DNA of 64,000 nt, taken from assembly GCA_965234725.1 (NCBI GenBank), contig CBDDUX010000014.1:1-64000 (forward strand). The letters are read 5' to 3'. Source of the stretch: Thermoplasmatota archaeon. GTDB lineage: Archaea; Thermoplasmatota; Penumbrarchaeia; Penumbrarchaeales; Penumbrarchaeaceae. This document shows, piece by piece, positions 30,379 through 41,186 of this stretch. The position numbers and the translations under genes are program-made. The notes below the pieces were generated by a model. That model saw only the letters and a list, made by a program, of their open reading frames with translations. It was not told the DNA's origin and ran no database searches. The number at the start of each line of letters is the position of its first letter. Position 1 is the stretch's first letter.

Positions 30379-33345
30379 CTAATGGCCAAAGAGGTCATCA
30401 ATATTACTGGAATAATCCTGAGTACTGGATCCGGGAGGAGAGGAATACTGTGCCGGTTGGTACTGAGGCGCCTGCTGCTGAGGGGGCTGATACTGCTGGA
30501 CCTGCTCCTGTTGAACAGGAGCGGGCTGATAGGGTTTCAACTGCTCTTTCTGTGGTGGAGCTTCCAGATTCAACCCGAATGGCCCGGTCCCCACCTGGGG
30601 TTTTGGGAGTGCTTTATTAATCTCATCTTCCACCTTTGCTTCCTTCACCTTCTCTTGGTTACCTCTTTTAGCATAAGCTCTTGTGAACAAAAGGATAGAG
30701 ATGATGATGGCCAAGGAGATCATTGCAAATGCGATCAGTATCCCGATCATCACCATAAGTCCGGTTGACCTGATCGTTTTCTCCATTTCCTTATCCTCGG
30801 GTTCCGGGGATGACATTATTGAGAGCTCTTCACCATCCTGAGCGAAAAAATCGGCAGAATTCCCATATTCGTCTCTATAACTGGTCCTGACGACCATACA
30901 ACATTGTTCGGAATGCCCAAGTTGTGGTGTGGCCAGGCACTGGAAGGAAGCTGTTGCTGTATCTCCGGGTTCCACCGGGTCCATTTGGAATATTGGCGTG
31001 TCCAGTGTTATCAAATTATCTTTGGATAAGAGTAGTATCTCGGACCATGTCACCCTTGCGGATCCTGTGTTTAGAACCTTCACGGTAACAGTGAAAGGTT
31101 CTCCTGGCAAGATCTCAGATGTGGATGTGGATATCACTTTCAGCATTCCAGTGTTCTCCGGTATCAGGATATAAGTGTAATACGGGTCCCTATCGAAGTA
31201 ATCCATTGAAAAACCATTCACGTCCACCATGGATGCCCTAATACTCAGAGAATATGTGGAACCGGGGGTAACTCCTTCGCCGAGAGTACAGTTGAATTCT
31301 ATTGTTCGCAACTCTCCCAATGAGAGAATGCCCATGATAATCATGTCCTGGTCGAATGTTATCATATTATCTGGAGAGTTGATCAGGACAGAATGGTGCT
31401 CAATAACGGTATCACCCGTATTGATCACATCGATATAGACAGTGAATCTCTCATTTACGATATCGGAGACCCTGGCGGTTAGAATATCGATACTGCCCTC
31501 ACCTGGATAAATGATAACAGGAATATCAAATGAATTGGACTGAACATTCCCCGTTATATTCATGAAGTTTACTAAAAGTGTGCAATTCAGGAACGTTTCG
31601 GTCCGGAAAGTCTCAACATCCACAGGGACCTCGATCTTAAGAACCCCGGATCTTTCAAAGGTAGCAGCAGGTATAACAAGATTATTTTTGTCTAACAATA
31701 TACCTGATCCTTTATCTGCTCCAGAAAGCAGGATCCTATCCGGTTCTGGTGTTGTTAGGATCGCTGACACTCCGGTAAGGGTGTAGAGCTCTCTATTGAT
31801 GATCTCGAAGGAGATGGATTGTCCCCTCTTCGAGGAATTGAGTATATTATGTGACTGGATAGAAATATCTGCCCCGACAGCATCATCCTCGACCCGCAAG
31901 ATCACGTAGGGTCGTGAAAGGTGAACAGGTCTGGGATCTTCCCTGTACCACATGATCTCCATATAATCCTCTGTGCCCATCTCGTCCCATTGGTATGAAT
32001 ATAATTTAGAGGAGATCCCTGAATCATCGAAAGGATCAACGTAGGTTACAGAGTAATCCACAGGGATCATGTATTCACCCGGAGGCATCATCTCATATAC
32101 CTCGATAAAGGGGAAGAACGCATTGAAACTGGTCTCAGTTTTCACATCAAATTTTGTGAATTCGAGGGGAGGATATACTTTTTCACCCCCTCCTCCCTCA
32201 TCATATTTGAATTCACCTTGTTTGAGGAACTTTGATGAATCAATGTCCAACCTGATCGTTACCGTCGCAAGGTCCACGTTCCCTATGTTCCGTATATTGA
32301 AAGAAATGCCACATGTCTTTTCCTTCTGAAGTATTGACGCGACAGGTAGGTCAGTATCCATATTGGACGGATGAAGAAGTGGCGTGGATTCCACCTTCAA
32401 TTTGATCTCATAAGGGCCATCGATGTATTGTTCATCGTTTTGGATATATCTGAATATTAATGATCCTGTATAGAAACCAGGGGGTGCGGTATCGATTATA
32501 TCTACCCTCCATTTGAGGTTCCTGTAAGTATAATCGAATACTTCATAGGATATTCTACTGGTGGTGGGTCTTATACCCTCATTACCGAAATCGATGTCTG
32601 CTTTGAATTCAGTCAAGGTGTTGGTCTGGACCCGGAAAGTGTTCTTCGTCTGGATGGTCATATATTTGGCCCCTGCGTATAGTGGAGCAGGTCCGTTTCC
32701 TTCCCTTCCCTCTATCTCAAGAGGTGCATATTCAACTCCATAGACATGGCTCCTAACATAGAACTGGACATAACCATCCTGGAACTTTGATAGGTAGAAC
32801 ACCTCACCTGGATTCTGATCATTGTAGGATCTTGCCACCTTGAAGCTCAACCTTAACGGTATCCTGTAATAACCTTCTTTGATGTTGCTGGTGTCTATCT
32901 TCATCTGGAAGTAGTTGCCATATTCATCTTCGTAATAGTTATTAGAAGATGAAATGGTGAATCCCTCGCTGGATGGTCCGTTATATGGTGTAAGGGAACC
33001 TGATTGGGTAGGTTGGATTATCGGTTTAATAAATCCCAGATCATCGGTTACGTCGTCATACTTTATCGAAAGTTTTGAGTTGTAGAGATAATGATCATAG
33101 TAGTAGTTATCCTCATCCTCCCAATGTCTACCATCGTATGTGTTGTAGACCCTTATCCTGAAACTGACAACATCGCCCATGTAATGCGAGTCCAGATAGT
33201 AATCGTAGAAAGTACAGTATGGATTGTCTCCCTCTCCATCCCTGGTTCCCAGACCCTCGGTCCTCGATCCTTCAGTCAGAACAAAACTTCCAATTATCAG
33301 TAGCGATAAAACTACTGTTACGGTCACCTCTCTTGAATATCTCAT
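30379..33345 (-). CDS. Large surface protein with COG1361/CARDB-like Ig repeats, TM anchor and Gln/Pro-rich tail
   Basis: Signal peptide; repeated xNxGx Ig motifs (RNIGN, INTGD, LNTGS); TM helix; QQYQPPQQQ tail. Confidence 0.8.
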   Translation of the reverse strand: MRYSREVTVTVVLSLLIIGSFVLTEGSRTEGLGTRDGEGDNPYCTFYDYYLDSHYMGDVVSFRIRVYNTYDGRHWEDEDNYYYDHYLYNSKLSIKYDDVTDDLGFIKPIIQPTQSGSLTPYNGPSSEGFTISSSNNYYEDEYGNYFQMKIDTSNIKEGYYRIPLRLSFKVARSYNDQNPGEVFYLSKFQDGYVQFYVRSHVYGVEYAPLEIEGREGNGPAPLYAGAKYMTIQTKNTFRVQTNTLTEFKADIDFGNEGIRPTTSRISYEVFDYTYRNLKWRVDIIDTAPPGFYTGSLIFRYIQNDEQYIDGPYEIKLKVESTPLLHPSNMDTDLPVASILQKEKTCGISFNIRNIGNVDLATVTIRLDIDSSKFLKQGEFKYDEGGGGEKVYPPLEFTKFDVKTETSFNAFFPFIEVYEMMPPGEYMIPVDYSVTYVDPFDDSGISSKLYSYQWDEMGTEDYMEIMWYREDPRPVHLSRPYVILRVEDDAVGADISIQSHNILNSSKRGQSISFEIINRELYTLTGVSAILTTPEPDRILLSGADKGSGILLDKNNLVIPAATFERSGVLKIEVPVDVETFRTETFLNCTLLVNFMNITGNVQSNSFDIPVIIYPGEGSIDILTARVSDIVNERFTVYIDVINTGDTVIEHHSVLINSPDNMITFDQDMIIMGILSLGELRTIEFNCTLGEGVTPGSTYSLSIRASMVDVNGFSMDYFDRDPYYTYILIPENTGMLKVISTSTSEILPGEPFTVTVKVLNTGSARVTWSEILLLSKDNLITLDTPIFQMDPVEPGDTATASFQCLATPQLGHSEQCCMVVRTSYRDEYGNSADFFAQDGEELSIMSSPEPEDKEMEKTIRSTGLMVMIGILIAFAMISLAIIISILLFTRAYAKRGNQEKVKEAKVEDEINKALPKPQVGTGPFGLNLEAPPQKEQLKPYQPAPVQQEQVQQYQPPQQQAPQYQPAQYSSPPGSSTQDYSSNIDDLFGH

Positions 33346-33416
33346 ATCTCTTCCACCTGGATAAATCCAGCTGATTCATTATCTTCTTAAAATATAAAGG
33401 TAATGGACAATTGTTA

Positions 33417-34319
33417 TTACTTTTCTTTTCCTGAGAACCTCGCTACAAGGAAGATCCCAAGGAGCACCAGTGGGCCTCCAAGCAATGCTCCTGTTCCCGG
33501 ATATTCAGATAAAATTAACATTGCAAGTATTGAGGACCCTACGGGTTCACCTAACAGAGTTACGGAAATTACAGTGGGGGATACAAATTTCAGGGACCAG
33601 TTGTAGATCGTATGTCCAGCAAGCATGGGGCCAAGGGCTAGAAGAAGGAATATCAGATATTCCGCAGGATCCACAGGGACGATCTCGATCCTTGATATCA
33701 GAGTGGCTACGAGAAGAAAAAGAGATGCAGGTCCGTAAACAAGGTAAGCATAAGTTGGGAGGGATAACCTTTTCCTGAACCTGGACCCCGCCAGGATGTA
33801 GATACCAGCCATCAATCCGCCTCCAAGAGCAAGCAGATTCCCTTTAACAGCTTCTCCTGAGAAGGTGAGGTCTCCTCCGATGACAACCACTGACCCAATT
33901 AAGGCCAGGACCATTCCGATAAGGACCTTGGGTCCGAACCTTTCCCCGAAAGCTGAATAGGATATCAATGCAACAAAGATCGGATGTGTTGTAACCAGAA
34001 GCACGGAACTGGCCACAGTTGTGAATTGAAAGGACCAGATCCACAGACCGAAATGGAGGGCAAGGATTAAACCCACCATGACCAAACCGATCAATGTCCT
34101 TTTATCAAGTTCCGGAAGCTCCCTTTTTATTGTGGGAATTGCGAAGGGAAGTAGGAATGCCTCTGCTATCAGAAGCCTCCATAGTGCAATGGTCAAAGGG
34201 TGGCTGTCGGAAAGTCTTATCAGGATCGCGGCGGTGGACACTGCACCCATGGCGATAATTATCCAGAAGGGAGCATGCTCGGATCGGAAAGGACCCTTTC
34301 CATTTTCGATGCCGGGCAT
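33417..34319 (-). CDS. DMT/EamA-family transporter
   Basis: About 10 TM helices; LHFGLWIWS..TTVASS, GHTIYNW, LGEPVGS. Confidence 0.92.
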   Translation of the reverse strand: MPGIENGKGPFRSEHAPFWIIIAMGAVSTAAILIRLSDSHPLTIALWRLLIAEAFLLPFAIPTIKRELPELDKRTLIGLVMVGLILALHFGLWIWSFQFTTVASSVLLVTTHPIFVALISYSAFGERFGPKVLIGMVLALIGSVVVIGGDLTFSGEAVKGNLLALGGGLMAGIYILAGSRFRKRLSLPTYAYLVYGPASLFLLVATLISRIEIVPVDPAEYLIFLLLALGPMLAGHTIYNWSLKFVSPTVISVTLLGEPVGSSILAMLILSEYPGTGALLGGPLVLLGIFLVARFSGKEK

Positions 34320-34340
34320 GAAAAGGTCATCGGTATGCAG

Positions 34341-34350
34341 ATTATATAAT
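34341..34350. promoter_or_regulatory. Palindromic TATA box (ATTATATAAT) shared by divergent genes
   Basis: Perfect palindrome with exactly 21 nt to each divergent ATG (34319 and 34372). Confidence 0.6.
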
Positions 34351-34371
34351 AGGTATCGGGATCAGGGTTCA

Positions 34372-35394
34372 ATGGGTGATGAGGTCCATTGGGAGAAACT
34401 GACCATCTGCAGGGGGGGAGAAAGGATCCCCCTTGAGATTCCAATATTCCCGGCTCCCATGGCCGGAGCTTTGGAACCACCATATCGAATGTTATTACAT
34501 GACCTGGGTGTTGAACTTTCCTTTACCGAAATGGTTTCGGCCCGTGGTGTCTTCGAAGAGTCCAAGAGGACACTGGAGATAGCCGGTTGGGTCCCAGAAA
34601 ATGGTTATTCCGGAGCCCAGATCTTCGGAAACGATGAACAATATATCTCGAGGGCTGCTGAAGAGATGGTCCGCCTTGGTCATCATATGATCGACCTGAA
34701 TGCTGGATGTCCCAAAAAAAAGGTAATGTCACAGGGATCCGGAGGTGCTCTTCTCAAGGATCCAGATCGATTGATCACACTCCTTTCTTCCATTTTGGAT
34801 TCCGTGGAGGTCCCGGTAGGTGTGAAGTTAAGGTCAGGTTATAATGGATTCGATGGGCCCTCATTTCGCAAACTAATACTGGAAATGGAGGGTCTGGGGT
34901 TATCATATATCTCCATTCACGGAAGGACCGTTACCCAGGGTTTCCGCGGTTCGGCTGACAGAGAAATCATCCGAGTTGCCGCATCAATGGTCGATATCCC
35001 AATAATCGCTTCCGGGGATGTAAAGGGGCTTTCCGATGTATTGGACTACTTCTCCAGAGGAGCTTCCGGAGTCATGATAGGAAGGGCATTGATGGGTGAT
35101 CCATTTTTGATCAGGAGGATTGTTGCATCAGAAGATGATAGTTACCCTAAAGGTCCTTCAGATATTGAGGGGATATTTTCTATGGCAAGAAAACATCTAC
35201 AATACTCTCTGAGGTTCTTCGGGGAGAAGAGAGGGTGTGTGAAGTTCAGGACACATCTGGGTTGGTACGTCCATTCCTTTCCCGGAAGACGGCCTTTCAT
35301 GGATAGGATACATCATATTTCGGATGTAAAGGATTTCATTGGTCTGATGGAAGAGATAGAAAATGAATGGAAATGTCAACTGGACCCTTGTTAA
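34372..35394 (+). CDS. dus: tRNA-dihydrouridine synthase (DusB-like)
   Basis: APMAG, TEMVSA, QIFG, IDLNAGCP, GGALL, KLRSG, HGRT, SGDV, GVMIGRA. Start at ATG 34372. Confidence 0.93.
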   Translation: MGDEVHWEKLTICRGGERIPLEIPIFPAPMAGALEPPYRMLLHDLGVELSFTEMVSARGVFEESKRTLEIAGWVPENGYSGAQIFGNDEQYISRAAEEMVRLGHHMIDLNAGCPKKKVMSQGSGGALLKDPDRLITLLSSILDSVEVPVGVKLRSGYNGFDGPSFRKLILEMEGLGLSYISIHGRTVTQGFRGSADREIIRVAASMVDIPIIASGDVKGLSDVLDYFSRGASGVMIGRALMGDPFLIRRIVASEDDSYPKGPSDIEGIFSMARKHLQYSLRFFGEKRGCVKFRTHLGWYVHSFPGRRPFMDRIHHISDVKDFIGLMEEIENEWKCQLDPC

Positions 35395-35467
35395 CTTTTA
35401 ATAGTGGTTATATCCATTAAGCGGGAGTCGATCGATTCGGAAACGTTCCCTCAGGAGGTGTGATCCA

Positions 35468-38461
35468 ATGAGATACTGGACAACCCGTAATATTTCCATG
35501 ATAGTGCTTGTAACAATGATCCTGACAGCTCTCTCCTCCATTCCATCATTTACTGGTGTGGAAGGCGAGAACGTAACAAGGTCTTCTACCGGATATATCT
35601 CTCTGGATGATTTCTATCTCCACTCCGAATATGAACTGGATGATATGTGGGTGGTTGTCTGGATGGAGAATCGGGATACGATCTACAAACAGGTTCCCGG
35701 AGATGATAATTTCTTCTATTTCAGGGAAATGGCCAATTCATTTGCATTCCCGGTGGATGGGACAAGTCATTCCTCAGGAGAGGTGAAGAGGACACTGGTC
35801 GAACTTTTCACAGCCACTGATTGCATTTATTGTCCTGGGGCCGAGGGCGCCCTCGATGCATTGGTTGGAGAGAGATATCCGGACGATTTCTCGCTGATAG
35901 AATGGCACAGTGCAATAAACCCAGGGAACGATCAGTATGAAACGCCTGCCTCCAGGGGAAGGTTTTCGGCATATAATGTAACCGGAAGGCCAACTGTGAT
36001 CTTTGACGGTATGTCAGCTCAGATAGGTGGAGATCAGAATCCTACCAATACCCAGCTTCCCAAGGACTACGGGAAGAAGATAGATAATGGGAACTTGGAA
36101 CTTCCCATGGTCAAGTTCAATGGATTTGCAGATACAGGAGGAGATTACCTCAATTACAATATCAGTTTCGAGGTAGTGAACCCGATGACAATGGGAAATT
36201 GGGTAATCCAGGCCGCTGTATGTGAGGACTTGAAGAGTGACCATAACGGGGCCAGGATGAGGTTCGTTCCCAGAGGTTCAATATATTCGAAAACCCTCCT
36301 CGATCTCCAATCAGGATTTCCGGATATTACCATAGATGAGGAAGCTACCTTTGACGGTGTGAACAAGAATAAGGTGAAAGGGAATCTTACAATATCATGG
36401 GAAGCCGATGATCCGGAAGATGGTAATGATGTGATCGTTGACATCCGCTACAGGCGTGTTGGAGAGGAATGGAACGATCTGGTTACCGGACTTGAGAATA
36501 CCGGTTCCTACAAATGGAACACATTTCAGCCCAGGGTCATGGATGGAACATATCAGCTGAGACTTGTGGTAACTGATAAGGATTCCAACCCTGTAATGTC
36601 CCATGAGAAATTGCAATTCATCATCAACAATCCCGATGTCCCTACTGGTAATTTCTCATTCCCCGTAGGATTCACCTCCCTTTCCGGTCAAAAGGATATC
36701 ACCTGGTTATCCGATGATGATGAGGATGCTGGCATGGACATGCTCGTCAGGATATCAATTTCAAATGATACTGGCCTTACGTGGAGGATCATATCATACA
36801 ATATTGTAAACGGCCAGGACTGGATCGCCAATTTGGGTTCGTTCAAACTGAATACACTGAATTATGAAGATATTTCCACCTACCTATTGATGTTGGATCT
36901 TAAGGATTCTGATGGTATGGTAACCACCCTGATCTCGGATGTTTTCGAGATCTACAACAATGATGCCCCAAGAGCCTTCCTTTTCAAACCCGAACAGGAA
37001 TCTACCATCTCCTCTGTTCTGGATATAGGTTGGAAGGTTACAGATCAGGAGGACCTTCCCTCTGCGATCTGGGGTAACTTCTCCATAAAAAGGGCTGATC
37101 AGGAGAGGTGGACCATACTTTTTGAGGGATTACTTGATGATCAGCTTCAGAACAAGACCTTCGATACCTCTGACCTTTTCGGGGATGGTGATTATATTTT
37201 GAAGTTCTCAATAAGGGATTCAAGGGGAAAGACGGATTCCATAACAAGAGAATTCACCCTTTACGATCCGGATGCTCCAGAGTTCGGATCCATATCCTCT
37301 CCGATCAAAGAGTTGGATGATATCAGGGTAAGTTCAATTGAACTAGTATGGTCCTGTTCTGACCCAGACCTGGGAGAGACAGTGAAATATGCTGTTCATA
37401 TCTCCCAATCCGGTGAGGAGAACTGGACACTGGTATCTGAGGATCTGACCTCCACCTCCATTGATGTTGACCTTTCGGAACTGGAAGAGGGTAGTTATGA
37501 GCTCAGGGTTACTGCCAGGGATTCATCTGCAGGCCACCTTACATCGGAGGCGAGGTTCGGCCCATTTTACTACAATGCACCTGATAGTCCCCTGATCAGC
37601 ATTTTCCTTCCATCCGAAACATTGGAAGATGGGATACCATCAGACATCAATTCCACATTGAAGGATGGAGAGTATTTCCTTGACCTCAGCTGGTCCGCTT
37701 CTGACAGTGATGATGACAACATCTCATATTCACTTCACTTCCGAAAGATCGGAGACCTGGAATGGACCTTGATAATAGGTGATATCAATGGAAGTTCATA
37801 CAGTTGGAACATGACATCCCTTCCATCTGGAGATTACAGGGTAAGGGTCCTTGCAACAGATGATTCTCCTGATGATCTTAAAAGTGAAATGATAATGGGT
37901 CCTTTCACATGGACAAATCCGTTCCTTACTTCATCAGCCGATGATGATACAGATGACGATGTACCTGTGGATGATGATGGAGATACCAACAGCGAAGAAA
38001 TCGATTGGGGATTTTTCATAATCATCGCTATCGCAAGTGTGGTCCTGATCATCGTGATAGTCCTTGTGGCCTTGTTCCTTGCTTCAATTGCGGGAAAGAA
38101 GAAAGATGATACTCCTGTGATCCCCCAGGAGAAGGATATGGATTACAACCAGATACCTGAATTCGAAAGGAATTCCCAACCCTCCATGATACGCACACAA
38201 CCAATGGATGTGGTTGGAGGGATGTATGGGCAGAGTCAATTCCAGACCCAGGAAGTCCAGGGACAGGTCAAGTGGGAGGATGATCAGGCAATATCCGAAA
38301 CTTCCCCATCCCAAGAACAAGTTAATGGTAACCAGGTAACCCCAATCACTCCGGTCGAAGGTATCGATGAGCTTAATATCCAGCTACCAGATGGGAGCGA
38401 TCAGTCCCATATAAGTGGGACCGAAAAGCAGATGGGGGCTCCACCTGAACCACCGTTGTAG
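35468..38461 (+). CDS. Surface protein with an Omp28/thioredoxin-like CxxC domain, Ig-like repeats and a TM anchor
   Basis: LVELFTATDCIYCP..EWH..VTGRPTVIFDG; repeats of W..DD.D...Y.W..GxYxLRVxxxD; TM helix followed by KKK. Confidence 0.8.
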   Translation: MRYWTTRNISMIVLVTMILTALSSIPSFTGVEGENVTRSSTGYISLDDFYLHSEYELDDMWVVVWMENRDTIYKQVPGDDNFFYFREMANSFAFPVDGTSHSSGEVKRTLVELFTATDCIYCPGAEGALDALVGERYPDDFSLIEWHSAINPGNDQYETPASRGRFSAYNVTGRPTVIFDGMSAQIGGDQNPTNTQLPKDYGKKIDNGNLELPMVKFNGFADTGGDYLNYNISFEVVNPMTMGNWVIQAAVCEDLKSDHNGARMRFVPRGSIYSKTLLDLQSGFPDITIDEEATFDGVNKNKVKGNLTISWEADDPEDGNDVIVDIRYRRVGEEWNDLVTGLENTGSYKWNTFQPRVMDGTYQLRLVVTDKDSNPVMSHEKLQFIINNPDVPTGNFSFPVGFTSLSGQKDITWLSDDDEDAGMDMLVRISISNDTGLTWRIISYNIVNGQDWIANLGSFKLNTLNYEDISTYLLMLDLKDSDGMVTTLISDVFEIYNNDAPRAFLFKPEQESTISSVLDIGWKVTDQEDLPSAIWGNFSIKRADQERWTILFEGLLDDQLQNKTFDTSDLFGDGDYILKFSIRDSRGKTDSITREFTLYDPDAPEFGSISSPIKELDDIRVSSIELVWSCSDPDLGETVKYAVHISQSGEENWTLVSEDLTSTSIDVDLSELEEGSYELRVTARDSSAGHLTSEARFGPFYYNAPDSPLISIFLPSETLEDGIPSDINSTLKDGEYFLDLSWSASDSDDDNISYSLHFRKIGDLEWTLIIGDINGSSYSWNMTSLPSGDYRVRVLATDDSPDDLKSEMIMGPFTWTNPFLTSSADDDTDDDVPVDDDGDTNSEEIDWGFFIIIAIASVVLIIVIVLVALFLASIAGKKKDDTPVIPQEKDMDYNQIPEFERNSQPSMIRTQPMDVVGGMYGQSQFQTQEVQGQVKWEDDQAISETSPSQEQVNGNQVTPITPVEGIDELNIQLPDGSDQSHISGTEKQMGAPPEPPL

Positions 38462-38465
38462 TCCT

Positions 38466-41186
38466 TTAAAAACCGAAATTGAAGAATGAACCCAGAGTGC
38501 TCTCGAGGAAGAGAACGTATATGATCACGAATGCACCTGCGGCCATCAACATAACAGCGGAGACCTTCTTGATGATCTCTGTCCTTGCTACCATCTTCTG
38601 GAGGAAGCCTGATCCGGACGCTGCCAGATATGTGAAGAGGACCATCATCGCTCCCAGTGATAGGGTGTAAAGGCCAAAGATAAGGGCCCCTCCAAGGATA
38701 CCTCCAATGGTCAATGAGATCAGGATCATTCCTATGAATGCAGGTGCCATGCAGCTTGAAGCTGCTGCTCCGTATCCAAAACCATAGGCGAACAACCCAC
38801 CGGCCATGGAATCTTCCTCGAGACTCTTACCTCTCAATCTGGCTATGATGATTTCGAAAGGTCTTTTTATGTGATCCATACCTCTTTCCATGAAGGAATC
38901 CTTCCCTATGAACGTAAGGAAACCGAGCACTACAAGGATACCACCAATTGGAATTATCAAATATCTTAGGTACTGGGAAATCACACCTCCAAGAACAGCC
39001 ACCAATATCCCAATAAGGATGAAAAAAGTGATGATCCCAACTGCGGCAACTATGCCGCCAACAAGTGGATTCTGCTTCTTGCCAGTGGTTGACTCCTGCT
39101 TGATATAGTATGTGATATAACCGGGTAACATTGGTAGGGAGCAGGGTGAGAAGAAAGTGACTATCCCAAAAAGGGCTGCTATGGATCCAAAAGCTATAAT
39201 GGATCCTCCTGTCTGGGTTATGGAAACTGCTTTGTAATCCCCTGAATGTGAATCAGCTATCTTATCAAGGACAGTGCTTTTGTCGATGATACCCGTATGT
39301 TGATACACAATATCACCGTTTGGAGCCACCACAACCATTTTCGGAACGGCAAGAGCATCGAACAGTCCCACGAAATCCCTGTTCAATCCTATTGGCCATT
39401 TGGCACCGTATTTTGTCTGAAAATCGTTCATTGCCTTGATGTTGTCAGCATTATCAACGGAGACCGATATGAATTCCACATCATCTCCATATTTTTCCTT
39501 CGCCTCATTGTAAACCTCTACGACTATCGGCATCTCCTGGTTGCATGAGGAACAAGTGGTGTACATGATATCGATCACAAGGGTCTTCCCTTCATAGTTA
39601 CTCGGTGTGTGAACGATACCTTTTGTATCGGTAACAGTGAAATCCGGAACAGTTGAGGTCGATCCTGTGAAAACAGTTGATGCGGATACCGAAGTCACTA
39701 TTATTCCAAGTGCGACAATAACCGCAAGGCTTGCCTTCGAGGAAAAGAGTTTCAGGAGACCACCGTTCACTTTCCTGGTGGCATAATAGAGCAATGGGCC
39801 GATGATAATAAGGGCGATACCCATCAGTAGGAATATGGTTCCAGTCTCCATTCCTATCAGAGTGGCACCCTTATCTTTGGACGCAGAATCCATACTTACC
39901 AGGGTATAAACTTCCGATGAGGATTGGGCGAACTGATCATCATATAGAAGGACCTGAGCGAAGAGAGGACCTCCGGAATAATCGATCTCAGCCGATCCTA
40001 AAGCATCGGAGTATGCATAACAGACACCGCTGTCATCGCAGACCTCCTCACCTGTGATGGTCAGCTCAACAGGGGTCCAGATCGGTTCTTCTGTCCCTAC
40101 TGTATTGATGAAGACGAATCCCCTTGCGATTCCCCCCTCATCGTCCATGGTGACAGATATTACATTATCTGTCAGGGATATCGATTTTACCTTGGCAGGG
40201 ACATTTTCCCTGTCATATGCTGTGGACCTTGATGTGGCCGATTGGACACATCTGGGGGATCCAGCCCTCTGATTGCCATCCGTTCCACCAGGACTTGAGT
40301 CGGTATCCAGCGTGTCAAAAATGGCTGCCACTGCATACATGTCCTGAGGTTTTATCTGGATATCTGCATCGGGAATGTCGTATGTGAAGGAGAATAACTT
40401 CTCTTCTCCCTGGTTCATTGAGAACCTTTCGTCGTTTGCTGCGTATCCCCTGAAGACTGCATCGTTTGAAACGTTCAGATCATAAACCAAAGAATAAGCT
40501 GTCACATTGTCCTCGACCATGAAGACGAAAAGGGACCCCTGAAGTGGAAGCAGGTTGCCTCCCACCATCTTTGCGTTTGCCTCATAAGAGGCCTTCACTT
40601 CAACATAATAGGAGGAGCCGTCGAATATCTGGTCAACCTCCATCTTCACGAAGGGAAATGACCAGGAAAGCCTGTCTATCGGCCTCAAGGGTGCATTATC
40701 ATATCTGCCTTCGGACTCAAGGAGGGCCCAGTCGATCGTAGGTTGATCAATGGGCTTGTTGGATGCCGAGAAACCACCTATTTCAACATATCCTCCGTCG
40801 AACTGGACATCAGGGGTACCGGAAAGTCCGGGTTGATAGTATCTCATTCTGGCAGTGGATTCCTCATTGTTCAGAGCATCCACTCCACCACCGTTCAATT
40901 CATGGAAGAAAACCGTACTGAAAGGTGCCGAGGGGTCCTCCATCCCATCTAAGAAAGCATTATGGACGGCTTTCTCAGGTGAATCAGAATCTGGATCCCG
41001 GCCCATACATGAAGGACATGAAAGACCGGTGAAGAATTCCATCAAGGGTCTATGGACATACCCTTGGGGAGGAGGAGCCATGGGCTGGATAATTGCGTTC
41101 TCTTTTCCATCGACATCCCCAATATGTATGAGTGATGCCAACATAAGGGCTGCCAAAGTCATCAATACGACGGTTCTTCCCTTCAT
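38466..41186 (-). CDS. Fusion of an Omp28-like CxxC domain, a TlpA/redoxin domain and a CcdA/DsbD membrane domain
   Basis: MEFFTGLSCPSC..GTPDVQFDG; PDFTVTD..IMYTTCSSCNQEMP..VPKMVVV; FFSPCSLPMLPGY and AASSCMAP. Confidence 0.85.
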   Translation of the reverse strand: MKGRTVVLMTLAALMLASLIHIGDVDGKENAIIQPMAPPPQGYVHRPLMEFFTGLSCPSCMGRDPDSDSPEKAVHNAFLDGMEDPSAPFSTVFFHELNGGGVDALNNEESTARMRYYQPGLSGTPDVQFDGGYVEIGGFSASNKPIDQPTIDWALLESEGRYDNAPLRPIDRLSWSFPFVKMEVDQIFDGSSYYVEVKASYEANAKMVGGNLLPLQGSLFVFMVEDNVTAYSLVYDLNVSNDAVFRGYAANDERFSMNQGEEKLFSFTYDIPDADIQIKPQDMYAVAAIFDTLDTDSSPGGTDGNQRAGSPRCVQSATSRSTAYDRENVPAKVKSISLTDNVISVTMDDEGGIARGFVFINTVGTEEPIWTPVELTITGEEVCDDSGVCYAYSDALGSAEIDYSGGPLFAQVLLYDDQFAQSSSEVYTLVSMDSASKDKGATLIGMETGTIFLLMGIALIIIGPLLYYATRKVNGGLLKLFSSKASLAVIVALGIIVTSVSASTVFTGSTSTVPDFTVTDTKGIVHTPSNYEGKTLVIDIMYTTCSSCNQEMPIVVEVYNEAKEKYGDDVEFISVSVDNADNIKAMNDFQTKYGAKWPIGLNRDFVGLFDALAVPKMVVVAPNGDIVYQHTGIIDKSTVLDKIADSHSGDYKAVSITQTGGSIIAFGSIAALFGIVTFFSPCSLPMLPGYITYYIKQESTTGKKQNPLVGGIVAAVGIITFFILIGILVAVLGGVISQYLRYLIIPIGGILVVLGFLTFIGKDSFMERGMDHIKRPFEIIIARLRGKSLEEDSMAGGLFAYGFGYGAAASSCMAPAFIGMILISLTIGGILGGALIFGLYTLSLGAMMVLFTYLAASGSGFLQKMVARTEIIKKVSAVMLMAAGAFVIIYVLFLESTLGSFFNFGF

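Noticed and set aside
34078-34371. Long N-terminal extension of Dus (similar extensions on xth, mobB, ppiC and the CcdA-like gene)
   Set aside because: These overlap neighbouring genes or precede the family N-terminus; downstream starts fit better.
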